Positions 48,597 through 61,272 of a stretch of DNA of 64,000 nucleotides are shown one piece after another (positions within the stretch are counted from its first letter, which is position 1; every line of letters begins with the position of its first letter). This DNA is from an uncultured Pseudomonadales bacterium (GTDB lineage Bacteria > Patescibacteriota > Microgenomatia > UBA1400 > PJMF01). The position numbers were made by a program, and so were the translations under genes. Location of the stretch: contig CAZWKL010000003.1 of assembly GCA_964633875.1 (NCBI GenBank), forward strand, positions 7,849 through 71,848, in the 5' to 3' direction. The notes beneath the pieces are model-generated. The model was not told the DNA's origin and did not search any database. It worked only from the letters and a program-made list of their open reading frames with translations.

Positions 48597-49011
48597 CTAG
48601 GCTTTGGGGCCGGGGGGAGTTGGTAGGGGCGGTGGCCCCTCCTCCAACTTCGCCCCCGGCCCGAAAGGGCCGATTTGTAGGCTGCCGCCATGGGCGCGGC
48701 AGCCTACGTGAACGAGGGCGGCTTCGCTCTTGTCGAGCGACCAGCCGCCCTCCGAGGCGGTGTTGGGGGTGGCCACACAAAGGTGCCACCCCCCCGACGG
48801 TGACCCGCACCCCGCCGTTCGGCAGGGTGCGGGCCTGAACAAAGTAGGCCCGGTCGCCATCGACGACCAGGCCTTTAAAGTTTTCAGGGAGAGGCAGCCA
48901 GACCTCTCCCTCAATTTGGGCCTCCAGGTTGCTCCGCAGCAACCCGAAGACCCCTACTACGAGGAGGGCTGCTATTAAGAACAGCAGCCCTCCTCCGATA
49001 CCCTTAACCAT
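48597..49011 (-). CDS. GC-rich membrane-anchored orphan protein, apparently frameshifted at a G7 run
   Basis: AGGAG SD + ATG 49011, TM helix; removing one G at 48789-48795 gives ...VTVGGWHLCVA...PTPPGPKA* ending just before the terminator. Confidence 0.5.
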
Positions 49012-49195
49012 TTTTTCTCCTCGCCCGCCCCGAGAGGGGCGGGCTTTCAGAAAACAATAAGACACCGCAACTCACAAGAATTATGTGAACTCCGGAGTCT
49101 TATTGTTTCGAGGAGATTTTTTTAGCCTAGCCTGTTAAAGAACTTATGGTCCTAAGCACAGCTCTAGCGCTAAGCACCATAACATCACTATAACA
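49012..49195 (-). promoter_or_regulatory. Promoter and structured leader with hairpin+boxA-like element
   Basis: TGtTATAGT 49195-49187; hairpin 49182-49144; GTTCTTTAACAG 49143-49132; two further long hairpins before the SD. Confidence 0.55.
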
Positions 49196-49455
49196 AAATA
49201 ATATAGGATAGTCAAGAATTACAAAAACACTTAATATTTGGGAGCTTTTGGCCGCCTCCTGTCTTTTTTTCAGTCCGCGGCACCCCATTTACTTTATACG
49301 GATTAATTCCGGCCTCTTTTAAATCTGCAACAGTTTTATCACTTCTTCTCCTATGACTACATCTACCAGGATGATGAGGATTATCATGATCAGGAGGCTC
49401 GCCATCTTTCTTGAGGATTTCAGACACAAAAACATTTTCTAGGGCAGGTTACAAA

Positions 49456-49668
49456 TTATTCGTTATTTTTTTCAATTCCGGCCAATGCGGCTTGTTGTGC
49501 AAGATAATCTGCTATTTGCTTAGGTGTTGGAGTTTGCACCGCCTCCACACCTCTGATTGCAGCAGCCACTTGTTGAGAAGATGTGGGGCCGATTCCTAAA
49601 GCTTTCTCAGCGACTTCTTTTGGCGTGGGTATCGAAGGACTCTCAAACAAACTTCTCCTTAGGCTCAC
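49456..49668 (-). CDS. Small hypothetical protein with internal PTPK(E/Q)(V/I)A repeat
   Basis: ORF track; duplicated motif. Confidence 0.4.
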   Translation of the reverse strand: MSLRRSLFESPSIPTPKEVAEKALGIGPTSSQQVAAAIRGVEAVQTPTPKQIADYLAQQAALAGIEKNNE

Positions 49669-49737
49669 GCAGACTTTCCGTTGACAGGTACTTCACCCAA
49701 TATGTCAAATGTAAGAACAAAGGTCAATAGTAAAAGC

Positions 49738-51828
49738 TCAACTAAAAACAGCGATTAAAAACTCGACGTGGTCTGCCGGCTCGCCGCCAAGCAACTCAAA
49801 GCCTTCATAAATATCTTCCCGATTGACATTAGCGGCAAAAGCTTTGTCCTTGAGTTTTTTCTTGACAGATTTATACTCCATGCCCGTAAAACCATCGGGT
49901 CTCATCAAAGCATAAGCATGCAAAAATCCGGCCAGTTCGTCGCAGGCAAAGAGGTACCTTTCCAGCTGGGTCTCAGGCCGAACCCCAGTCCGGCTTGGCG
50001 CGTGGGCGGCAATAGCCTTTTTCATCTCTGTCGGGTACTCAGCTAAAATCTCCTCAAGAGCTTTTTTAGGATGTTCGTCGGGGTACATTTCCCAATCCAG
50101 GTCATGAAGCAAGCCTGTTTGGTACCATAATTCGGCATTCTGGCCTAGTTTTTGGGCATAGGTCTCCATAGCTTGGGCTACCATCCGGCAATGATGTCTC
50201 AAGGCCTCATTTTGAATGTATTTTTCCACAAGCGCTTCGGCCTCTTCTCGAGAAGGCAAGTTGCTCTCAGCAGCAGAATCCCTAAAGCTTTCAAGCAGCT
50301 CCGCGCCCAGATTATCATCATGAGCGCCTTCTTCCACCACTTGTGCCTGCCCGGCAGTGGCCGCTACCGACTCCTCAGCGTTTCGAATCGGCCGCAAAGT
50401 TGGGAAAGCAATCACTTCTTTAATGCTCCAGGTGTTGGTGAGGAACATGATCAGGCGGTCAATACCCACCCCAATGCCCCCAAGCGGCGGCATACCGTAC
50501 TCCATCGCCTCGAGAAAGTCTTCATCCAGCGGGTGAGCTTCCGTATCGCCGGCGCGCATGTTGCGCTGCTCTTTCTCAAAAATCTGACGCTGATCAACCG
50601 GATCCACAATCTCACTCCAGCCGTCGCACAACTCTTTACCGCCAATATATCCCTCAAACCGCTCCGCCATGGCCGGATTATGCCGGTGAGCCTTGGAAAG
50701 AGGACTGATTTCCCGCGGATAATCAATAATCCAGGTTGGCTCGATCATTTTGGGCGCGGCCAGAAGATCGAACAACTCAAACAACGCCTTGCCTCGGGAG
50801 TACTCGCCTTTAATGGTAATCTGGTGCTGGTTGAGCAAGTCGCGCACTGCCTCTTCGCTCAAACTTTCAAAATCAATTTCCGCCTTCACCCTGAGCGCAT
50901 CTTCCATCCTAATTCTGGGCCAGTCGTTGCCAATATCCAACTGCTCTTCGCCAATATTGAGCAAAGTGCTGCCATTGACCGCCCTAGCCAGGTGCTTAAA
51001 CATTTCTTCAGCCACATCCATCATCCGGTGATAATCGGCATAAGCCTCATACCACTCAATCATGGTAAATTCCGGCTGATGGGTTTGGTCGATGCCTTCA
51101 TTGCGAAAATTTCTGGCAATCTCAAAAACCTTGTCATAGCCGCCGACAATCAGGCGTTTCAAGTACAATTCAGGTGCAATGCGGAGATAAAACTCGGTAT
51201 CCAAAGCCTTCATGTGGGTGGTAAAAGGCGTGGCGTTGGTGCCGCCGTATAAAGGCTGCAAAATCGGCGTTTCTACCTCGGTAAAACCGTGCTGATCCTG
51301 CAGGTAGCGGCGGATTTCTTTGACAATCAACCACCGGGCATCCAGCACCCGGCGGGTTTCGGGGTTGAGCAACATATCAAGGTAGCGTTTGCGGAACCTG
51401 GTTTCTTTGTCTTCGGCCAGGTTGAACTCTGTTGGCAGCGGGCGCAAGGCTTTCGACAGCAACGTCACCTTTTCAGTCAAAATCGTCAACTCGCCGGTTT
51501 GGGTAGTAATGACTTGTCCAGTCACACCAATAAAATCACTCCGGTCCACAAACCCCAGCCACTCCCAGACTTCCGGCTCAACCTCTTCTTGGCGCACCAT
51601 CACTTGAATGGAGCCGGAAAAATCCTGCAGATCCATGAAAAGCACCTTGCCATGAGTGCGATAGCCCATCACCCGGCCGGCGGTTTGTACCTCATCACCC
51701 TCCATATTTCTGGTTTCGGCAATGGAATGAGTCTTATCGTAGGAATAAGGATGAACATTAAGACCGCGCTGTTCTAGCTGAGCACGTTTTTCTTTTTTGG
51801 CTTGAATGGCCTCGTCGATTCGGGACAT
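49738..51828 (-). CDS. lysS: Lysine-tRNA ligase (class II) with C-terminal HD-domain fusion
   Basis: OB fold, LRIAPELYLKRL, FRNEG, HQPEF, GVGIDRL; then RHHC..LLHDLDW..H..AH..ACDELAG. Confidence 0.93.
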   Translation of the reverse strand: MSRIDEAIQAKKEKRAQLEQRGLNVHPYSYDKTHSIAETRNMEGDEVQTAGRVMGYRTHGKVLFMDLQDFSGSIQVMVRQEEVEPEVWEWLGFVDRSDFIGVTGQVITTQTGELTILTEKVTLLSKALRPLPTEFNLAEDKETRFRKRYLDMLLNPETRRVLDARWLIVKEIRRYLQDQHGFTEVETPILQPLYGGTNATPFTTHMKALDTEFYLRIAPELYLKRLIVGGYDKVFEIARNFRNEGIDQTHQPEFTMIEWYEAYADYHRMMDVAEEMFKHLARAVNGSTLLNIGEEQLDIGNDWPRIRMEDALRVKAEIDFESLSEEAVRDLLNQHQITIKGEYSRGKALFELFDLLAAPKMIEPTWIIDYPREISPLSKAHRHNPAMAERFEGYIGGKELCDGWSEIVDPVDQRQIFEKEQRNMRAGDTEAHPLDEDFLEAMEYGMPPLGGIGVGIDRLIMFLTNTWSIKEVIAFPTLRPIRNAEESVAATAGQAQVVEEGAHDDNLGAELLESFRDSAAESNLPSREEAEALVEKYIQNEALRHHCRMVAQAMETYAQKLGQNAELWYQTGLLHDLDWEMYPDEHPKKALEEILAEYPTEMKKAIAAHAPSRTGVRPETQLERYLFACDELAGFLHAYALMRPDGFTGMEYKSVKKKLKDKAFAANVNREDIYEGFELLGGEPADHVEFLIAVFS

Positions 51829-51919
51829 GGTGTTTTTCTCCTACAGTGATATTGTACACACTTTTGAGTACAAAAAAACCCAACCCCTCAATACTGATGA
51901 AGGGATTGGGAGTTTAAAA

Positions 51920-52420
51920 TCACTTAATTTCTACGATTTGGTAGGTGGTGGAGCCACCCGGGGCTTTGACCACAGCTTCCCCGCCAACTTTTTTGCCGAC
52001 CAAAGCTTTGCCCAAAGGGGAAACATTGGAAATTTTATCTTCCGCGGGGTCTGCTTCAAACTCGCCGACAATTTGGACAACTCTGGTTTTTTTGTTGCCT
52101 TTTTTCTGAATCTTGACTTTTGAACCCATGCCGATGGTAGTGGTGCTTCTGGTGTTTTGCACTACTTTGGCGTTGGCGATAATTTCTTCGATGTCTTCAA
52201 TTCTGGTTTCAACGAAGCGCTGCTCATCTTTGGCGTCGTGATACTCGGCATTTTCTGACAAATCGCCGTACTCGCGAGCTTCGGTGACACGTTTGATCAC
52301 TGCAGGCAGCTTGACCTCTTTAAGCTCTTTAAGCTCATTTTTGAGATCCTGCAGTCCCTCTTGGGTGACTTCAGTTGGTTTCCTGCCGTTAGTAGTATTA
52401 TTGCTTAGGTCGTTTGTCAT
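51920..52420 (-). CDS. greA: Transcription elongation factor GreA
   Basis: GDLSENAEY, ISNVSPLGKAL. Confidence 0.95.
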   Translation of the reverse strand: MTNDLSNNTTNGRKPTEVTQEGLQDLKNELKELKEVKLPAVIKRVTEAREYGDLSENAEYHDAKDEQRFVETRIEDIEEIIANAKVVQNTRSTTTIGMGSKVKIQKKGNKKTRVVQIVGEFEADPAEDKISNVSPLGKALVGKKVGGEAVVKAPGGSTTYQIVEIK

Positions 52421-52490
52421 ACGCGGTATAGTATAAAGAAATTTTTTTTCTGAGCAAGCGTTACAAGCTCTTACAAGACTAAATTGGGGG

Positions 52491-52913
52491 TTAAAGTGAG
52501 GATCTTTTTGTCCTTTGGGCGAGTTTAATTTCCCACATGGCTTTACGCATAGCTGCCTCTGCCTGGATCAGCTCCCTCTGGCTGGCGGTTTTATCATGGA
52601 TTTTAGCTTCAGCTTCTTCAATGGCTTTTTGCGCTTTCTCAACACTAATATCTCTCTCAAGTACGGCCGCATCTACCATCACTGTTACTTCATTGTTGGG
52701 GCTGACGGTAATAAAACCTTTGGAAACAACCAGATTATTTTCCGTGCCGTTGGTGGTGTAGCGCAACACACCCTCATCTAGCCTGGTAAAAAGCGGGGCG
52801 TGATAAGGCAGGACTGTAATTTCCCCCATCGAGGCTGGGGCAATCACTTGACTGACGGTGGTATCTACCAGTTGTTTTTCCTGGGAGACGATTTTTAATT
52901 TTAAGTCTGCCAT
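52491..52913 (-). CDS. atpC: ATP synthase epsilon
   Basis: GEITVLPYHAP, SKGFI; operon position. Confidence 0.93.
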   Translation of the reverse strand: MADLKLKIVSQEKQLVDTTVSQVIAPASMGEITVLPYHAPLFTRLDEGVLRYTTNGTENNLVVSKGFITVSPNNEVTVMVDAAVLERDISVEKAQKAIEEAEAKIHDKTASQRELIQAEAAMRKAMWEIKLAQRTKRSSL

Positions 52914-52946
52914 TTTGTCATCTTTTTAACGCCAATGCGCCAATAC

Positions 52947-55236
<2,290 letters not shown>

Positions 55237-55244
55237 GAGTTAAA

Positions 55245-56774
55245 TTAAATTGCGACTTCTTCTAGTTCAGGATTAACTTCATTGAAGGAAGCCACTGCTT
55301 TTTCAAGTAGTTCTTTGTTTTCGTCAGAAAGTATTTTTTCTTTGGCAATAGTTTCTAAAAGCTCGTCGTGACTGCTGTGCATATATTCCAGGAATTCTTT
55401 TTCCCATTTCTGAATGTCATCAACGGCGATTTTGTCCAAATGACCGTTGACGGCGGCGTAAATTACCACCACCTGCTCTTCAACTTTGAGCGGCTGATCC
55501 CAACCTTGCTTGAGAATCGAATTGACTCTTTCTCCTCTTTCAAGTTGAGCTTTGGTGCGGTCGTCGAGGTCGGAACTAAACTGCGCGAAAGCCTGTAACT
55601 CCCGGAATTGCGCTAAGTCAAGTTTCATGGTCCCGGCTACTTGTTTCATGGCTTTAACTTGAGCAGCTGAACCCACCCGGGATACAGAAAGACCGACGTT
55701 GATGGCGGGCTTCATACCGGCATTGAAGAGGTCGGATTCCAGGTAAATTTGGCCGTCAGTAATGGAGATAACGTTGGTGGGGATGTAGGCAGAGACGTCG
55801 TTGGCTTGAGTTTCAATGATAGGCAAGGCAGTAATGGAGCCACCACCATGGTCTTTGTTCAGTTTGGCCGCTCTTTCGAGCAAGCGGGAGTGAAGATAAA
55901 AAACATCGCCCGGATAAGCTTCACGACCGGAAGGACGCCTTAACAGCAGGGAAATTTCCCGGTAGGCTCTGGCATGTTTGGAAAGATCGTCATAAATAAT
56001 TAAAACATCTTTGCCTTGGTGCATGAAGTACTCAGCAATGGCAGCGCCGGTGTACGGAGCTAAGAACTGCTCGGCTGCCGACACCGAGGCGGTAGCGGCC
56101 ACAATGATTGAGTAGTCGAGCGCACCCTGGTTGTCCAAAGTTTGCATAATCTGCGCCAAAGATGACCTTTTTTGGCCAATTGACACATAAATGCAAATAA
56201 CATCTTGGTCGTTTTGGTTGAGAATGGTGCCGAGCGCCACGGCGGTTTTTCCGGTGGAGCGGTCACCGATAATCAGCTCACGCTGACCCCGGCCAATTGG
56301 AATCATGGCATCAACCGCTTTGATCCCAGTTTGCAGCGGTTGATTAACCGATTGCCTCATCATAATGCCGGGGGCCGTAGCCTCCAAAAGCATATACTTG
56401 TCTACTTTGATATCTGGGCCACCGTCTTGAACGCGCCCAAGAGCATCAACCACTCTGCCGATGATATCGTCAGAAACACCAACAGACAGAATCCGGCCGG
56501 TTCTTTTGACGGTAGAGCCTGCCTTGAGATGATTGGCATCACCCAAAGCGACAATTCCGGTTTCAGCCTTTTCTAAGTTGAGCGCCAAGCCGTAAACATT
56601 ATTGCCCAGATCTACCAACTCACTGGCTTGCACATCATCCAGGCCTTCAACTCTCACTACGCCGTCACCGTATGACAAAACAGTGCCCACAGATTGGGGT
56701 TCGACGGCAACAGTGTCCTCAGAAATAAGTTGTGCTAATGAGTGATTGAATAACGCTGATTTTTGTTTTTTCAT
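55245..56774 (-). CDS. atpA: ATP synthase alpha
   Basis: [27 protein letters not shown]. Confidence 0.97.
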   Translation of the reverse strand: MKKQKSALFNHSLAQLISEDTVAVEPQSVGTVLSYGDGVVRVEGLDDVQASELVDLGNNVYGLALNLEKAETGIVALGDANHLKAGSTVKRTGRILSVGVSDDIIGRVVDALGRVQDGGPDIKVDKYMLLEATAPGIMMRQSVNQPLQTGIKAVDAMIPIGRGQRELIIGDRSTGKTAVALGTILNQNDQDVICIYVSIGQKRSSLAQIMQTLDNQGALDYSIIVAATASVSAAEQFLAPYTGAAIAEYFMHQGKDVLIIYDDLSKHARAYREISLLLRRPSGREAYPGDVFYLHSRLLERAAKLNKDHGGGSITALPIIETQANDVSAYIPTNVISITDGQIYLESDLFNAGMKPAINVGLSVSRVGSAAQVKAMKQVAGTMKLDLAQFRELQAFAQFSSDLDDRTKAQLERGERVNSILKQGWDQPLKVEEQVVVIYAAVNGHLDKIAVDDIQKWEKEFLEYMHSSHDELLETIAKEKILSDENKELLEKAVASFNEVNPELEEVAI

Positions 56775-56811
56775 GAACAAACTCGTCTCTTCAACTAGTT
56801 ATTATTTAAAT

Positions 56812-57045
56812 TTAAAGGTTTTCCAAAAGGTGTGTGCGCAGCTGATTGAGTTTGCCTTGGATAGAGGCGTCGTATTCCACTGTTTGAATGTGGAGTTTTA
56901 TGCCGCCAATCAAGCTTTTGTCAACTTTGGCCTCTACCAGCACCTTAGTATCTGGATATTTCTTTTCTACTGCCTGCTTAATTTTGCTCAGCTGATCATT
57001 TGATAATTTGGTGGCAGAGCTGGCTTTGACTGAAAGGTTTTTCAT
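56812..57045 (-). CDS. atpH: ATP synthase delta (C-terminal domain only)
   Basis: VDKSLIGGI..YDASI; only 77 aa. Confidence 0.85.
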   Translation of the reverse strand: MKNLSVKASSATKLSNDQLSKIKQAVEKKYPDTKVLVEAKVDKSLIGGIKLHIQTVEYDASIQGKLNQLRTHLLENL

Positions 57046-57048
57046 AAC

Positions 57049-57534
57049 TTAAATTTGTTTCAACAATTTGTTAAGTTCGGCGTCAATAAGCTGAGCGTCT
57101 TTTTTGGCGTCAAGGGTTTGTAGGGTCAGTGATCGGGTTGCTTGCACCACTGCCTCCACCAACTCAACTCTCACGTCTTTGATTAACTGAGCTTTTTCGT
57201 CTTCCCCGGCTTTGCGAATTTTTTCTACCTCTGCCTGAGCTTCTTTTCTAGCCTCAGCCAGAATCTCTTGTTTTTTGGCTTTAGCTTCTTCAGTGGCTTC
57301 TTCAAGCATTTGCGCCCGCTCTTTTTTGAGCTTGGTTTGCATGTCTTTGCGCATTTGATCAAGATTCTCGTGTTTTTTGATGGCTTCTTCGGCTGCCTTT
57401 TGACCTTCCTCAATTCTTTGCGCCCGTTCGTCAAAAATTTTCAGAACCGGCTTGTAAAGAAGGAATGTTAGCGCCCCGACAACTACGCCAAAGTTGATTA
57501 TTTGGAAAATTATTTGGGCTAATTGGATGTCCAT
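57049..57534 (-). CDS. atpF: ATP synthase b
   Basis: QIINF..LYKPV..ERAQRI, coiled coil. Confidence 0.93.
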   Translation of the reverse strand: MDIQLAQIIFQIINFGVVVGALTFLLYKPVLKIFDERAQRIEEGQKAAEEAIKKHENLDQMRKDMQTKLKKERAQMLEEATEEAKAKKQEILAEARKEAQAEVEKIRKAGEDEKAQLIKDVRVELVEAVVQATRSLTLQTLDAKKDAQLIDAELNKLLKQI

Positions 57535-57573
57535 AGCTTATCTTTCTCTGGTAGTACCTTACTATCTTTTGCT

Positions 57574-57789
57574 TTAAACGAACTTGAGGATTAAAGCGAC
57601 CACAAGAGCATAAATGGCAATGGCTTCAGCGAAAGCAATACCAAGAATCATGTTGGTCTGGATTTTTCCTGATGCTTCCGGATTGCGGCCGATGGCTTTC
57701 AAACCGCTATAAACAATCATACCGATACTGAAAGCAGGACCAATGCCACCAATTGCCATCACCATAGCGATTGCGAATTCTGTTGTCAT
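57574..57789 (-). CDS. atpE: ATP synthase c
   Basis: GRNPEA loop; AEAIAIY with conserved Glu. Confidence 0.95.
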   Translation of the reverse strand: MTTEFAIAMVMAIGGIGPAFSIGMIVYSGLKAIGRNPEASGKIQTNMILGIAFAEAIAIYALVVALILKFV

Positions 57790-57814
57790 AATTTCTCCCT
57801 TTTATAATAAATAC

Positions 57815-58648
57815 TTAATGATCATCATGGCTTTGGGTTGCCATATTAAAAAATACGAGTGACAGCATCGCGAACACAAGAGCCTGGATGAAGCCGACAA
57901 AAAGCTCAAGGCCATAAAATGGCATTGGCACAATGATCGGAACCAGGAAGGCGATAACTACCAAAAGTACTTCTCCGGCAAAAATATTTCCGAATAAACG
58001 GAAGGCAAACGAGATGATCTTAGCAAATTCCGAGATCAATTCCAGAATACCCACAAAAAACATGATCGGGTTGGTGAAATTAAAGAATTTCTTGAAATAA
58101 CCCAGGCTTTGGGCCTGAATGCCAAATATTTGCGTCGCAAAAACTGAGAAAATGGCCAAAGCAATGGTGGTGTTGAGATCAGCTGTGCCGGGGCGGAAAA
58201 CCGGCACTTTAATCAAGTGAGGCTCTGCTTCAGTTTCTGGCTCTAGTTCTAGCTCCTGGGCATAAGCGGCATTGACGGTAGTGGCAGCAATGGGCTCCTG
58301 TTCATGAACAACACTAATAGTGCCAACACCAGGCACTAAACCCAACCAGTTATTGAGAGCAATCCAGAGGAAAAAGGTGGTTACTAAGGGCAAAAAAAGA
58401 CGGGTCTTTTTGAAGTTGCCCGTCACTGAGTAGATAAAGTTTTGAAATGTTTCTACCAGCCATTCGGCGAAGTTTTGCATTCCCTTTGGCTTGTCTGTTT
58501 GCTTAAGTTGGCTATTGGCGATAATTGCAAAAAGGATGAGGATGGTACTGACTATCAAACTTGTGAAAATGGAGTTAGTGACTGCAAACCCGCCAATTGT
58601 CGCGATTGGCTCAGCGGAAATTGAGATATGAAGTCCTTGAGCGGCCAT
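57815..58648 (-). CDS. atpB: ATP synthase a
   Basis: NNWLGL, TADLN, FRLFGNIFAGE, IQA. Confidence 0.95.
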   Translation of the reverse strand: MAAQGLHISISAEPIATIGGFAVTNSIFTSLIVSTILILFAIIANSQLKQTDKPKGMQNFAEWLVETFQNFIYSVTGNFKKTRLFLPLVTTFFLWIALNNWLGLVPGVGTISVVHEQEPIAATTVNAAYAQELELEPETEAEPHLIKVPVFRPGTADLNTTIALAIFSVFATQIFGIQAQSLGYFKKFFNFTNPIMFFVGILELISEFAKIISFAFRLFGNIFAGEVLLVVIAFLVPIIVPMPFYGLELFVGFIQALVFAMLSLVFFNMATQSHDDH

Positions 58649-58805
58649 GTTGATATGTTTCTATTTACAAATAATACACAAGAGTCAAGCCAACAAATTG
58701 AATTATAACGGCCTTTTTTGTTGTGACAAGTAACAAATTCTTCGAGTGTAATACTATTTTACGAGCTCGAAGTTTGTCAAAGTGAACACATTTTTTACTC
58801 AGTTA

Positions 58806-60617
58806 TCAATTTGTATCAGCCAAAACTATCACAGCGTCGTGTGTTCCTCTGGCGTCCTCTTGACCCGGGTCTGTATCTGCTAAATAGGTCAGGTTCAGCC
58901 CGGTAGCTTCTTCTAGCGCTGCTATTAAGGCTGAATTTTCCTCTTCCATCAGCAGGTAATATCCTGAGTCATAGTCGCCACTGGCGTTACTGGCGGTGAC
59001 AGTACCAAAGCCGGCCTCATCCAGGTCTGCCTTGACAGTGCCAGCGTATCCGGCTCTGGTAGTGGCGTTGACCACCATGATGTTGTAATCGGCGTTATTG
59101 ATTGCTTCGGGCGTAGGCTCCGGAGTTGGTTCTGGTGTCGGCGCTGGCTCTTCAACCGTGGGGGTAGGTGTAGGCGCGGGAGTAGTCCCGTTGTTGGCAA
59201 CAGAGAGCAGTCCAAGTCCAACCCCAATGCCAATTGCTACAGTCGCAGCGAAAACTGCTAGGGTAATGAAAACCATTTTTAGCATATTACCTATACCTGA
59301 TGAATTTTTAATAATATCTTTTTTTGGCGCGGGTTTGGTGATGGGGGCGTCGGGCTGTTTTTCATCTTGATCGCCGTCGGCTTTTTGGACGAATTGAGAG
59401 AGATCAACTTCTTCGGGACTAGGTGTTGGTGAAGTGAGTGGAGGCGGAGCAGCAGCGGATGCACCGGGTTTGATGGTGTCGGTAGCGGCGGCCCCAGCGG
59501 CTTTTGAGTCCGGGGTTGGTTCCGCTTCTGGTTCTGCGGCTGTCTCGGTTTCTGCTTCCGGCTCAGGAGCGGTTTCAAGCTCCTCTACCTCAAGTTCTTC
59601 CTCGTCTTCATCTTCATTTGAAACCGGTGATAGCGGTGTGGCGGCCGGTGTGACCGGGATTGGTTTAGGCAGGTCTTGATCTTTCATTTCTACTGCTTCC
59701 TCCTCGTCTGCTGCTTCTTGGGAAGGCAAATCTTCTACTGATTCGGTAATAAATGCCTTTAATTCTTCCTGAGTTGCTTCTCCCGGTTTAAATATCGGCA
59801 CGGGATAATCTTTAATGGAAAGAGTTTTCATGCCCGATTCGATGATTTGTTTGACGTAAGATGGCATTTTCGAGTCGTCATCCACGGCGCTGGTGAGCTG
59901 CTGGAGAGGTACAGTATCACTCAGCTCTTCTTTGAGTTTTTCTTCGACCATATCATTAACCAGCAAATAAACTGTTTGGATGGTAGGCTCTGCCCCCTTG
60001 AGGGTTTTAATGGTTTCAGCAATGGCCTCCGCTTCGCTCACAGGAGCAATGGTGGCTTGATCGATGCCGATATAGTGCAGTGAGCTGTAAAGTTGAGAGC
60101 CAATCTGTAGCACGCTGATTGAAGGCTCGAGAGAAATGATTGATTTAGTAGTCCAGCTGAGGGGCGCCACGCCGGTGATTTTAACGTCAGCGTTTTTGCT
60201 GGCTGCCCGGATTGGGCCGAGGACTGATTTTTCGATGGCAGAAAGCTGAACTTTGGAAACGCCCTTGAACTCGGTCAGGACAAAAGACTCGATGTCATGA
60301 GTGTCGGGCGTGATTTCCAGTTCCGGCAACAGTTTGGTTTTGAGGTAGTCCTGGATTTTGCTATCGCTGGTTTCTTCGATATTAATGATAGTGTTGGTAA
60401 AAAGAAAATCCGGCAGGATCAGCAAATAATCTTCCGGCTCTATTTTGCCAAAAAGTTTAACCACATTTTCGGCGATGAACTCATTTTCATCCAAAAACTC
60501 GCCGTTGACTTGCCTGAAAGACTGGATAGAAAAATTATGCTCTTTTTTGCCCGGAAGCAACTCAGCTATGTAAGCCACATCAGGTAAAATATAAAGCAGT
60601 TTTTTAGTATTAAGCAT
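58806..60617 (-). CDS. Membrane protein with acidic/Pro-rich linker and C-terminal LytR_C domain
   Basis: Single TM; IMVVNATTRAGYAG..L..AGF..SNA LytR_C pattern. Confidence 0.7.
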   Translation of the reverse strand: MLNTKKLLYILPDVAYIAELLPGKKEHNFSIQSFRQVNGEFLDENEFIAENVVKLFGKIEPEDYLLILPDFLFTNTIINIEETSDSKIQDYLKTKLLPELEITPDTHDIESFVLTEFKGVSKVQLSAIEKSVLGPIRAASKNADVKITGVAPLSWTTKSIISLEPSISVLQIGSQLYSSLHYIGIDQATIAPVSEAEAIAETIKTLKGAEPTIQTVYLLVNDMVEEKLKEELSDTVPLQQLTSAVDDDSKMPSYVKQIIESGMKTLSIKDYPVPIFKPGEATQEELKAFITESVEDLPSQEAADEEEAVEMKDQDLPKPIPVTPAATPLSPVSNEDEDEEELEVEELETAPEPEAETETAAEPEAEPTPDSKAAGAAATDTIKPGASAAAPPPLTSPTPSPEEVDLSQFVQKADGDQDEKQPDAPITKPAPKKDIIKNSSGIGNMLKMVFITLAVFAATVAIGIGVGLGLLSVANNGTTPAPTPTPTVEEPAPTPEPTPEPTPEAINNADYNIMVVNATTRAGYAGTVKADLDEAGFGTVTASNASGDYDSGYYLLMEEENSALIAALEEATGLNLTYLADTDPGQEDARGTHDAVIVLADTN

Positions 60618-60834
60618 GCGATTAGTCTTATTATAGCGATTAAACCACTGCGCTGCTACCAGCACATTAAACTGCTTTTAGTATGAGAAGAAACTCCTCT
60701 TTTGGCAAGATGTAGATGCTCTGGTATAATTCTGCACATTGATCAGCTTCTCACAATCACCCAGCTTTGCTGAAAAGTGATTGTTCGAATCCAATCAATA
60801 TGCAGATTCATGATAGAATTTTTGTATGATACGG

Positions 60835-60908
60835 GGGTCCGTAGCTCAGTCGGTTAGAGCGACAGCCTTTTAAGCTGTGCGTCCCGGGTTCGAGTCCCGG
60901 CGGACCCA
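60835..60908 (+). tRNA. tRNA-Lys(TTT)
   Basis: GGGTCCG..CTTTTAA..GGTTCGAGTCC..CGGACCCA. Confidence 0.95.
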
Positions 60909-60952
60909 CAAACCATGCTTTTAGGTCAAGATTGTGCTATAATTAAACTATT

Positions 60953-61228
60953 ATGGTAAATAATCTTGAACAATTTAGGTCAGATACTAGGTCAGATACG
61001 TCAGAACATTGTTCTTTCAAGACAGGAGAAGAGTTTGTCGCCAACTGTCCCCCAGGAACGTTTGTTAATTTTCGCGGCAACATGGTTCCCACTTTAGATG
61101 GTGAAGTTTATAATGATCCAAATTCAAAGTATGTTTGGCTTCGTGTTGGTACTACGAAAACGCTTGTGCCTTGGGCAGCAGTATCCGTTGCTCCTCATCA
61201 ATCTGAGTCATTTTTAAAGTTCAACTAG
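60953..61228 (+). CDS. Hypothetical protein
   Basis: 91-aa ORF after TGcTATAAT. Confidence 0.5.
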   Translation: MVNNLEQFRSDTRSDTSEHCSFKTGEEFVANCPPGTFVNFRGNMVPTLDGEVYNDPNSKYVWLRVGTTKTLVPWAAVSVAPHQSESFLKFN

Positions 61229-61272
61229 TTTTTTCTGCGAACCATTTTTCGTGATATGATTTGAGAGGTAAT

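Noticed and set aside
49212-49427. 71-aa ORF
   Set aside because: No motif or clear start signal; cannot be supported.
50152-51252. 366-aa plus-strand ORF and similar long antisense ORFs
   Set aside because: Shadow frames of lysS and other conserved genes, with no motifs.
60976-60999. 12-bp tandem duplication TAGGTCAGATAC
   Set aside because: Two in-frame copies in an ORFan (RSDT twice); most likely simple slippage.
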